This document shows positions 10,402 through 19,554 of a stretch of DNA of 64,000 nt, piece by piece. The position numbers and the translations under genes are program-made. The notes under the pieces were generated by a model, which saw only the letters and a program-made list of their open reading frames with translations, did no database searches and was not told the origin of the DNA. Source of the DNA: Desulfosudaceae bacterium. GTDB taxonomy: Bacteria; Desulfobacterota; Desulfobacteria; Desulfobacterales; Desulfosudaceae. How positions within the stretch are numbered: position 1 is the first letter of the stretch; the number at the start of each line of letters is the position of its first letter. The stretch is taken from assembly GCA_963674745.2 (NCBI GenBank), contig CAXXDV010000003.1, positions 1,440,001 through 1,504,000 of the forward strand, written 5' to 3'.

Positions 10402-11244
10402 ATGGCAAATGCCTTTACGCAAGACGATATAGACGCTTTCAAGCCGGCTGAAAAAATCGGCCTGGTGGCCACTATCAATCCTGAAGGGCTGCCCCATATT
10501 ACGCTGATCACGTCCATTATGGCCTCCGGTCCCGGTCAGGTAACGCTGGGCGAATTTTCCAAAGGTAAAAGCAAAGAATACCTGCAGCTCAACCCCGACA
10601 TGGCCTTTCTGGTTCTGACCATGGACAGGAAAATATGGCGCGGCCGGGCGACCTGGACCCATTTGAAGAAAGAAGGTCCGGAATACGAGGTTTACAACGA
10701 CATCCCCATGTTCCGTTATAACGCCTATTTCGGCATCAATACCGTTCACTACCTGGATTTAAAAGAAACAAGCGGTCGCAAAAGCCTTCCCCTGGCCAGG
10801 ATTATTCTATCGACGTTGTTGACCAGGATGATCAAAGGGAAGTTCAAAACCGGAAAAACCGCTCAAGTGTTAAAGCCTTTTGCCGAACGCGGCATTTTCA
10901 ATAACCTGAGCGCCCTCAAGTTCATCTCCTGGATCGGAGAGGACGGCTTGCCCAGGCTGATTCCGGTTGTTCAATGTCAGGCGGCTGATTCCGGCCGACT
11001 GGTCTTTTTCTGTTTTCCTTTTGGCAAGGAACTGGCCGCCATCCCGGACGGTACACCGGTGGCTGTATTCGCCCTGACCATGGTTATGGAGAACGTGCTG
11101 ATCCGGGGAAAATTTATCCGAAAGAAAAAGATTTTGGGACTGCCCATGGCTGCCGTTGATATCGACTGGGTCTATAACTCCATGCCCCCCTGCCACGGCC
11201 AGATTTATCCGGAAATACCGCTCGAACCGGTAACGGCTTTTTAA
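10402..11244 (+). CDS. Tandem pyridoxamine-5'-phosphate-oxidase-like (split-barrel) protein
   Basis: Two similar halves: KIGLVATINPEGLPHIT and LKFISWIGEDGLPRLIP; AAGGAG RBS. Confidence 0.7.
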   Translation: MANAFTQDDIDAFKPAEKIGLVATINPEGLPHITLITSIMASGPGQVTLGEFSKGKSKEYLQLNPDMAFLVLTMDRKIWRGRATWTHLKKEGPEYEVYNDIPMFRYNAYFGINTVHYLDLKETSGRKSLPLARIILSTLLTRMIKGKFKTGKTAQVLKPFAERGIFNNLSALKFISWIGEDGLPRLIPVVQCQAADSGRLVFFCFPFGKELAAIPDGTPVAVFALTMVMENVLIRGKFIRKKKILGLPMAAVDIDWVYNSMPPCHGQIYPEIPLEPVTAF

Positions 11245-11248
11245 AAAT

Positions 11249-11757
11249 GTGGTTAAGTGGTTAAGTGATTATGTGGTTATGTGTTCTGGAGATGGGAGAT
11301 TGAGGCTTTAAAGGTTTTGGGGTTTTAAGGTTTTAGAGTTTTAAGTGGTTATGTGATTAAGTGATTATGTGGTTATGTGTTCTGGGGATGGGAAGTTGAA
11401 GCTTTAAAGGTTTTGGGGTTTTAAAGTGTCAGGGTTTTAGGTTCGAGGTTTATGGCTTGTGCTCATGTAGGGGCACCCCCCTGTGGGTGCCCATTTACCG
11501 GGCGGCCACAGGGGGCCGCCCCTACAATTCCGAAAAATTTAGCGGCCAGTTTTCATAACATAAACAACATTTTTGGGGTTTAAATGGTTAGGTTTTTGTA
11601 AATACAACTTGCATTTCCTCGTTGCACTCGGACAAGCCCGCACCATCAGCTAACCATCTAAAACATAAAACTTTAAAACCTAAAACCTTTGATGCCTATA
11701 CATCTCAATTTGCTATTCACATAATCACTTAATCACCTAAACACATAATCACTTAAA
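11249..11757. repeat. Composite palindromic intergenic element: 2x96-bp octamer higher-order repeat, REP doublet, inverted octamer array
   Basis: Units at 11249-11344 and 11345-~11424 are near-identical; a reverse-complement diverged copy lies at ~11650-11757. Confidence 0.85.
11467..11525. repeat. GTAG-family REP doublet (REPIN-like)
   Basis: GTAGgggcacccccctgtgggtgccc...gggcggccacagggggccgcccCTAC; related copies at 48975 and 52009. Confidence 0.85.
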
Positions 11758-13426
11758 CCTTAAACTTCCCCATAAGCTGATACAACTGCTCCGCCAGGCC
11801 GGCCAGGTTTTCAGCGCTCTTTTTTAACTGGTCGCTGTTTCCCGCCACATCAATCGCACTCTGATTGACATTGAGAATGTCTTCCGCCACCTGGCTGGTG
11901 GACTGGGAACTCTGGGAAACGCTTTCAGTCACATCCCCGATGGCCTTGGAGATTTCAGATACATTGCTTGCGATTTCTCTGGTAGTAGCCGATTGTTCCT
12001 CTACCGAAGATGCAATAATCATGACCGTTTCGTTTACCTTATCAATAATATCGGCAATCCCCTGGATATCTTCGACCGTTCCAAAAGTTGTTTCCTGGAT
12101 ACTGTTAATTTTCCCCTTGATATCAAGCGTGGCCTCAGCAGTCTGCTTGGCCAGTACCTTGATCTCCTCTGCAACTACCGCAAAACCCTTTCCGGCATCC
12201 CCTGCCCTGGCCGCCTCGATGGTCGCATTCAATGCCAGCAGGTTGGTCTGTTCGGAAATATCATTGATGGTCTCGGTTACCTTTCCGATTTCGTCGGCTG
12301 CGGCACCCAGCGCGCCTACCCGGTTCGAGGCATGATCGGATTTTTCAACGGCTTCTCTGGTTATTTTCGAAGCATTATGTGAGTTCTGCGCGATTTCATT
12401 AATGGTGGAACTCATCTGTTCCGCCGAACTGGCCACTAAATCCGTGTTGGCCGTGGCTTCTTCCATGGCCACCGCAATATTACGGATACTGGCATCCATC
12501 TGTTCCATGGCGGAAGAAACGGAGTTGGTCTTGTCAACCATTTGCCCGGAAGACCGGTTCATCACACCGGAAAGATCGGTCAGGCTGTTAGAAGAACCTT
12601 TTAACGTCCCGGCATCGGATATAATCGACCGGGTCATGTTCTGCATATTTTCCATGAACATGTTAAACCACCTGGAAAGTTCACCTACTTCATCCTGGTA
12701 TTTAATGTCCAGCCGTCGCGTCAGGTCGCCTTCGCCCTTGGCAATGTTTTTAACCATATCCACGGCGTTTTGTATCGGCAGAATAATCGAGCGCCGCAAA
12801 ATAATGGTGACCAGAATTGTCGAGATCGCCACAATAAGGCAAAAAACCCATAAATTCCAATAGCGTTGGGCCTTGCTGAAAGAAACGACATCAGACAGCT
12901 CCGCCGTCAGGCGTTTTTTGTAATCAGATTTCAAGTTTTCAAGATCGTCTTGTATGGCCTTTATTTCTTTTGCCATACCAGAGACCTTTTTCCGCAATTT
13001 AGCATCTTCAAACATATTTGAATTTGAAACCAGGGAAAGATAAGTCGCTCTGGCGGCTTGAGAAAATTGTGCCGTTCTGGTGATCAATTGATCGATCTGG
13101 CTGGAATCCTTTTCCTGCTGCTTTGCCATCCGGCTGATATCCTGAAGCGTTTCTTGAACCATCGCAGCTTTTGAATCAGCTTTTTCAATCAGGCTCTGAT
13201 CACCGGTCATAAAAACATCTTTATAAAGTTCAACCTGATTATTGAAGGCTTCCAGCGCGGCCTGACTCTGGTGGGAAGCAGGGGAAAAAAACAGATGAAC
13301 GGATTGAATCCGTTCTTCCGTGTCAATTCCTTTTAAAAACCCTAACAGCATGGAGAAAAAATATCCTGCCAGCAGGATACCGAGGCTAAGATAGATTTTT
13401 TTAGAAATACCCAAAGATCGCAACAT
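11753..13426 (-). CDS. Methyl-accepting chemotaxis protein (TM-periplasmic-TM-HAMP-MA)
   Basis: [29 protein letters not shown] signature; [12 protein letters not shown]...DEVGEL. Confidence 0.96.
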   Translation of the reverse strand: MLRSLGISKKIYLSLGILLAGYFFSMLLGFLKGIDTEERIQSVHLFFSPASHQSQAALEAFNNQVELYKDVFMTGDQSLIEKADSKAAMVQETLQDISRMAKQQEKDSSQIDQLITRTAQFSQAARATYLSLVSNSNMFEDAKLRKKVSGMAKEIKAIQDDLENLKSDYKKRLTAELSDVVSFSKAQRYWNLWVFCLIVAISTILVTIILRRSIILPIQNAVDMVKNIAKGEGDLTRRLDIKYQDEVGELSRWFNMFMENMQNMTRSIISDAGTLKGSSNSLTDLSGVMNRSSGQMVDKTNSVSSAMEQMDASIRNIAVAMEEATANTDLVASSAEQMSSTINEIAQNSHNASKITREAVEKSDHASNRVGALGAAADEIGKVTETINDISEQTNLLALNATIEAARAGDAGKGFAVVAEEIKVLAKQTAEATLDIKGKINSIQETTFGTVEDIQGIADIIDKVNETVMIIASSVEEQSATTREIASNVSEISKAIGDVTESVSQSSQSTSQVAEDILNVNQSAIDVAGNSDQLKKSAENLAGLAEQLYQLMGKFKV

Positions 13427-13598
13427 AAAGACGACTCCTTAAAACGAATTTCAAAACATCGAATATCGACATTTTTTTTAAACTACATAATTTATATAGA
13501 ATACGGTATTTAAACACGCATATCCAGAAATATCCGGTATCAGATGGATATTTTTTATTTTCAGTTGATCGGGATGACGTTACTGCCCTTTGTATTGA

Positions 13599-13627
13599 TT
13601 GACTGGAATGTCGATTAGATGTATAAT
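13599..13627 (+). promoter_or_regulatory. Sigma70 promoter of the fdh operon
   Basis: TTGACT-17nt-TATAAT. Confidence 0.7.
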
Positions 13628-13767
13628 ATTCTTCATAAAGTAAGTACGCCTCTCTTTTTTAGTGTGGTTCTTTTTTTCGACTACGGTTAATCCGGATATT
13701 TCATGCCCCACCTTTTTCCGGCTTTTGACAAAACATAAATAATTTCAAGTAATAGTCAGGTAAATTG

Positions 13768-16700
13768 ATGAAAATTTCCCGAAGGTCCTTTCTAAAAATC
13801 ACCGGCCTCGGTGCTTTTGGTATCGGTGCGCCTGAAAAAAAAGCAGGTGCCAAAAGCCAAACCAAACCATCAAAACCGGGATCTGATTACACCACTTCCA
13901 TCTGCCCTTTCTGCGCCGTGGGCTGCGGGCTCCTGGTCTTTCGGGAAAAAGGCCGGATCACCGACATCTGCGGCGACCCGGAGCACCCCATCAACCAGGG
14001 CGCCCTGTGCGCCAAAGGGCAGGCCCTGATCCAGATGGTCAACAACCCCCGGCGCCTGGATAAGGTCCTGTACCGCCCGCCGGGCGGAACCGCTTTTGAA
14101 GAAAAACCCTGGTCCTGGGCCATCGAACAGATCGCCAAAAGAATAAAACAGACCCGGGATGACGACTTTATCCACAAGGAAGGCGAAAATCGCGTCAATC
14201 GAACCGACTCCATTGCCTGTCTCGGCGGCGCGGCCCTGGATAATGAAGAGTGCTATCTTTACGTCAAACTGGCCCGGGCCCTCGGCATCACCCGCATCGA
14301 ACACCAGGCCCGTATCTGACACAGCACCACGGTCGCCAGTCTGGCGGCCAGTTTCGGCCGGGGCGCCATGACCAACCACTGGATAGACATGGCCAATGCC
14401 GATGCCGTTATGGTCATGGGCTCCAATGTCGTGGAAAACCATCCGGTGGCTGCCCGTTGGCTGGAAGCAGCCAGAAGTAAAGGCGCCGTTATTCTTTCGG
14501 TTGATCCCCGTTTTACCCGGACCTCAGCTTTTGCCGACCATTACTGTAAATTAAGAAGCGGCACCGACATCGCCTTTGTCGGTGGTATGATAAACTATGC
14601 TATAAGAAATCAACGCATTAACAGGCAATACCTCATTGACAACACGAATGCTTCATTTATTGTGGGCAAGGATTTTGGCTTTCATGACGGCCTGTTTTCC
14701 GGGTTTGATCCCGCAACTTTCAGGTATGACAAATCCAAATGGGCCTTTGAAATGGACGCCTCCGGCCTGCCCCGAAAAGACGAAACCCTCGCACACGAAC
14801 GTTGCGTGTTTCAACTTTTGAAAAAACATTTCAGTCGCTATGACGCTCAGACCGTGTGTGATATCACCGGCGCGCCAAAAGAACAGTACGAAAAAATCTG
14901 TGACCTTTTCACCCGCTCCTGGCAAAATGACAAGGCCGGCACCTGGCTTTACGCCATGGGCGCCACCCAGAGCAGTCACGGCGCGCAGAACATCCGTTCC
15001 TACTGCATTTTGCAGCTTCTGTTAGGTAACATCGGCATCGCCGGCGGCGGCATCAATGCCCTGCGTGGAGAATCAAATGTTCAGGGCTCCACCGACATGG
15101 CCCTTTTATACCACCTGCTGCCCGGATATTTAAAATCCCCGGCTTCAAAAGACATCACCCTGGCAGCTTACTTAAACGCTTACACGCCCGCCTCCCCTGA
15201 CCCGAAATCCGCCAATTGGTGGCAGCACACGCCCAAATATACGGTTTCGCTTCTGAAAGCCTGGTACGGGGCGCATGCCACAGCCCAAAACGATTTCTGC
15301 TATGATTATCTGCCCAAAAGAAGCGGCAATTACTCTTACATGTCCCTGTTCAAGGATATAGAACAAAGAATCGTCAAGGGCCTGATACTGTTTGGCCAGA
15401 ACCCGGTGGTCAGCGGCCCCAATTCCGGAAAGGAAAGTAAAACCCTGGCCAAACTGGACTGGATAGTGGCCGTTGATCTTTTTGAAACCGAGACCGCCTG
15501 CTTCTGGCAGGAAGACATGGCCGGGGCAAAAAACATCAACACCGAAGTGTTTCTGCTGCCGGCCGCCTTCTTCTGCGAAAAAGAAGGCAGCATCACCAAC
15601 AGCGGCCGCTGGGCCCAGTGGCGTTATGAGGCCGCCCCGCCCCCGGGGCAGGCCAGAGCCGACCTGTGGATTATAGATGCCCTGTACAAAGCCATTAAAA
15701 AAAAATACGGCCACAACGGCGTTTGTCCCGATCCGATATTGAGTTTAAAATGGGACTATGACGCGCCTGAGGGGCACGTCAGTCCCGACCCTCACCTGGT
15801 GGCGAAAGAGGTCAACGGTTATTTCACAGAAGATGCCGTGGTCAAAGGCCGGACTTTTAACCGGGGCGACCAGGTGCCCTCATTCGCCTTTCTGAAAGAT
15901 GACGGTGCCACTGCCTGCGGCAACTGGCTCTACTCGGGCTCCTATCCGGGCAAACAAATCGCCGACAACAAAATGGCCAGACGAAAGAAAACCGAGGCTG
16001 TCAACCACATCGGTCTGTTCCCCGAGTGGTCCTGGTGCTGGCCGGTCAATCGCAGGATCCTGTACAACCGGGCTTCGGTAGACAGAAACGGTCAACCCCG
16101 TAACCCGGATAAATGGGTCATCAAATGGGATGAAGAAAAAAAATGGCTGGGTGACGTACCCGATGGTGGTTGGGCCCCGGGGGATAAACTGCCCTTTATC
16201 ATGAAGCCTGCCGGATACGCCGAAGTTTTTGCTCCTTCTTTAAATGACGGGCCTTTTCCGGAACATTACGAACCATTTGAAAGTCCCGTGGCCAATTGTA
16301 TTTCCACAACCCGGAATAATCCGGCCGTCAACCCCCTGGCGTTTACGCTTGAAACAGCCCCTGACCGCAACGCCGGCAGCTTTGATCAATTTCCGGTTGT
16401 GGCCACGACCTATCGCATGAGCGAACACTGGCAGTCCGGGGCCATCACCCGCAACACCCCCTGGCTGACCGAGCTGGTGCCCGATTCATTTGCTGAAATC
16501 AGCCGCGAACTGGCCCGGGAGCTGTCCGTCAAAACCGGTGATATGGTCATGGTCGAATCCGCCCGGGGCGCTGTCAAATTAAAAGCCCTGGTGACCGGCC
16601 GATTTACCCCGTTCACGCTGCAGGAAAAAACCGTTCACCAGATCGGACTGTTATGGCACTTCGGGTTCAAAGGATTGGCCACGGGTGCGACCGCCAACAT

Positions 16701-16779
16701 GCTGACACCGGATATCGGCGACCCGAATACCATGATACCTGAATATAAGGCATTTTTATGTCGCGTAACCAAAGCATAA
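13768..16779 (+). CDS. fdnG: Formate dehydrogenase alpha subunit, selenocysteine-containing, Tat-exported (Mo/W-bisPGD)
   Basis: SRRSFLK Tat motif; CPFCAVGC...C cluster motif; in-frame TGA at 14317-14319 in HQARI-U-HSTTVASL joins ORFs 13765..14319 and 14368..16779 (same frame); C-terminal IPEYKAFL. Confidence 0.95.
14331..14349 (+). promoter_or_regulatory. Bacterial SECIS hairpin
   Basis: GGUCGCC-AGUCU-GGCGGCC stem-loop beginning after an 11-nt spacer following the UGA. Confidence 0.8.
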
Positions 16780-16790
16780 GGAGATACATT

Positions 16791-17591
16791 ATGAAAGGTC
16801 TACTGATCGATACAACAAAATGCATCTCCTGCCGTGCCTGCCAGGTCGCCTGCAAGCGGCAGCATCACCTGGAAGCCGAAAAGACCAGCTTCTTTCTGAC
16901 AACCGGATATCAGAACCCGGTTCATCGCTCAAGCAAGACCTGGAACCTGATCACTTTCAACGAATCCACCGGTCCTGAAGGTTTCAGGTGGGAGTTCGGC
17001 CGCAGGCAGTGCTTTCATTGCGTGGAGCCCGCCTGCGTCACTGCCTGCCCGGTTGGCGCGTTGTATAAAAACAACTCCGGCGCGGTCTGTTATGACGAAT
17101 CCCGCTGCCTGGGATGCCGGTACTGCCAGATTGCCTGCCCCTTTAACGCCCCGCGTTTTGAGTGGGACAAGGCCATGCCGGAAATCAAAAAATGCGATCT
17201 GTGTGATGACCTGATCCAGTTTGGCGAACAGCCGGCCTGCAGCGCCACCTGCCCCACCGGGGCCATCATGTTCGGTGACCGGCAGGCGCTGCTGCGCGAG
17301 GCCAAAAACCGGATTGCCGAAGCCCCGGATCGTTATGTCAACCACGTCTATGGCGAAAAGGAGGTGGGCGGCACCTGCGTCCTGCATCTGGCCGCTGTTC
17401 CCTTTGAAAAGATGGGTTATGTCAGCGGCCTTCCGGAAAAGCCCCTGGCTCGTCAGATCGAAAAACCCATGCAGGCCATTCCCTTTGCCATGACCTCGAT
17501 GACCGCCATCCTGGGCGGTCTTTTCTGGATTATTAAGAGACGCGATGAAGTAAGTGAAGAAGAAAAAAATATGGACTCAGATAATGAATAA
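16791..17591 (+). CDS. FDH iron-sulfur beta subunit (HybA/FdnH-like, 4x[4Fe-4S], C-terminal TM)
   Basis: CISCRACQVAC, CFHCVEPACVTACP, CLGCRYCQIACP, KCDLC...PACSATCP; AAGGAG RBS before ATG 16791. Confidence 0.92.
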   Translation: MKGLLIDTTKCISCRACQVACKRQHHLEAEKTSFFLTTGYQNPVHRSSKTWNLITFNESTGPEGFRWEFGRRQCFHCVEPACVTACPVGALYKNNSGAVCYDESRCLGCRYCQIACPFNAPRFEWDKAMPEIKKCDLCDDLIQFGEQPACSATCPTGAIMFGDRQALLREAKNRIAEAPDRYVNHVYGEKEVGGTCVLHLAAVPFEKMGYVSGLPEKPLARQIEKPMQAIPFAMTSMTAILGGLFWIIKRRDEVSEEEKNMDSDNE

Positions 17592-18849
17592 GCCGCAAAA
17601 CAGAAGATTTTCAGTCCTGATGGTGGTGCTGGTCGCGCTGGCCATAACCGGATTTGTACTGGCGGTTTACCGTTTCATGAACGGCATTGGCTCGGTCAGC
17701 AACCTCTCGGACGGTTACCCCTGGGGGCTGTGGGTGGCTGTGGACATCATGGCCGGCGTCGCCCTGGCCTCGGGCGGCTTTGTCGTCCTCGGTACCGTGC
17801 ACCTTTTCGGCGGCAAGCGTTTTGCCCCCATGGCCCGGCCGGCCGTGCTGACAGCCTTTCTGGGATACATTCTGTTTACCGTCGGCCTGATCATTGACAT
17901 GGGACGGCCCTGGCACATGCTTTACATCATGGTCGGCAACCGTCATTCACCGCTTTACGAAATCGGCTGGTGCGCCTCGTTTTATACGTTTGTGCTTTTC
18001 CTCGAAATCATGCCCGCCGTGTTCGATAAATTCCGATGGTACGGCTTCCTGGCGTTCTGGAAAAAAATCGTGCCTTTTCTGGTGATCGCCCTGCTGACCC
18101 TGTTTACCTGGGCCATGACGTTTTCCGTGGTATGGACCCTTGTTGTGGCCGCCATCCTGGTTGCCTGGGAAACGGCCATGCTCAAAGGGCTGTTAAAAAA
18201 AGACGACGAAGTCCCTATCCTGCTTATCGCCGCCGGTGTGATATTCTCTTTTTTACACCAGTCGTCCCTGGGCACCCTGTATATCCTGGCCGGGCAGAAG
18301 CTCAACCCCCTGTGGCACTCTCCCCTTTTGCCGGTGCTGTTCCTGATGTCGGCCATTGCCGCTGGTGTGGCCATGGTGGCCATGGAAGCCATTTTGACCG
18401 ACTGGCTACTCGATCACAAATCCGACCGGAATCTGTTGACGGGTTTTGTCAGCAAAATGCCGTTTATTCTCTGCCTGTATCTTCTTTTAAAGGCAAGCGA
18501 TATCCTGTCCCGTAATATCGGCCGGGAAGCGTTTGATTCAGGCATGCCGGCCCTGTTCTGGGCATTAGAAGTTTTTTTTGGTATCGTTATTCCATTGATA
18601 TTATTTGCCATTCCCAAAATCATTCGCACCAAAACCGGTATTTTTACAGCCTCTTTTCTGGTTGTGGCCGGCGTCGTCTTAAACCGGATCAATGTTGCCA
18701 TCATCGGTATTGACATTCCCCGATGGGAGCACTACTACCCATCTATCGGTGAGATATTCATCACCCTGGGCATCGTATCCGCCGGCATAATCGCTTTCAC
18801 CTGGATCAGCGGTAGTTTTCCCATCCACCCCAAAAAGGCCCGAGCCTGA
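17584..18849 (+). CDS. NrfD/HybB-family membrane anchor subunit
   Basis: YPWGLW, DMGRPW, SPLYE, LHQSSLG motifs; many TM helices. Confidence 0.9.
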   Translation: MNKPQNRRFSVLMVVLVALAITGFVLAVYRFMNGIGSVSNLSDGYPWGLWVAVDIMAGVALASGGFVVLGTVHLFGGKRFAPMARPAVLTAFLGYILFTVGLIIDMGRPWHMLYIMVGNRHSPLYEIGWCASFYTFVLFLEIMPAVFDKFRWYGFLAFWKKIVPFLVIALLTLFTWAMTFSVVWTLVVAAILVAWETAMLKGLLKKDDEVPILLIAAGVIFSFLHQSSLGTLYILAGQKLNPLWHSPLLPVLFLMSAIAAGVAMVAMEAILTDWLLDHKSDRNLLTGFVSKMPFILCLYLLLKASDILSRNIGREAFDSGMPALFWALEVFFGIVIPLILFAIPKIIRTKTGIFTASFLVVAGVVLNRINVAIIGIDIPRWEHYYPSIGEIFITLGIVSAGIIAFTWISGSFPIHPKKARA

Positions 18850-18982
18850 ACAGATTTCTTCAGTTTCCGGCCCGATCAAAGCCGCTATAAGCTGCCCTCA
18901 TCCTGGCGGTGGTGCTAAGCGAAGTCTGGATGGGAGCCGGCATAAACTTTTCTCTTCTACACCGCATTGTACCCAGAAAAGA

Positions 18983-19012
18983 ATTGACGCATACTACCGT
19001 CAATGCTATAAG
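18983..19012 (+). promoter_or_regulatory. Sigma70 promoter overlapped by an inverted-repeat operator
   Basis: TTGACG-17nt-TATAAG; ATTGACG-N8-CGTCAAT dyad. Confidence 0.6.
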
Positions 19013-19115
19013 AAAAAATCCAGCCCAAAAATATATCCTTATCATCAAAAGGAGGTGATGGCCGACTTCCGATCCTCATAGAGGGCTAAACTATCAAAAT
19101 AAGGGGAGGCATTAT

Positions 19116-19544
19116 ATGAAAAAAATCTTATGTGCCGTGTCTGTTCTTTTCCTGTTGGGGACAATATCCGCCTACGCGGAAATAGTAATTATTGCCAACA
19201 GTGGCGCTAACGTGACCGCCATCGATCAAAGTGTAATAAAAGATATTTATACAGGTAAAAAAACGGTCTGGGACGATGGCTCCAGGATCGCCTTTTTTAC
19301 CATGGAAGAGGGGCAAACCCAGCAAGCGTTTCTGCAACAATTTGTGAAGAAAAGCCAGCTTCAATACAATAATTTCTGGAGAAGAGAGCTTTTTCTGGGA
19401 AAAGCGGCCGGCATGCCCCCGTCCTGCAAAACAACGGAAGAAATGATTCAGAACGTCTCTTCAACGCCGAACAGCATCGGCTTCATCTCTTCCGATAAAG
19501 ACCTGTCCGACGCAAACGTCAAGAAAATCCAAATTATCAAATAA
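19116..19544 (+). CDS. Small exported PBP2/PstS-like binding protein
   Basis: Signal peptide; IKDIYTGKKTVWDDG and VSSTPNSIGFI resemble the short 'phosphate ABC SBP-like' family. Confidence 0.7.
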   Translation: MKKILCAVSVLFLLGTISAYAEIVIIANSGANVTAIDQSVIKDIYTGKKTVWDDGSRIAFFTMEEGQTQQAFLQQFVKKSQLQYNNFWRRELFLGKAAGMPPSCKTTEEMIQNVSSTPNSIGFISSDKDLSDANVKKIQIIK

Positions 19545-19554
19545 GGAGGTAAAC

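Noticed and set aside
11249..11460. Possible CRISPR array
   Set aside because: No constant repeat with unique spacers and no cas genes; it is an octamer satellite.
13765..14319. Separate small FDH subunit or nonsense pseudogene
   Set aside because: The TGA is an in-frame Sec codon with a SECIS.
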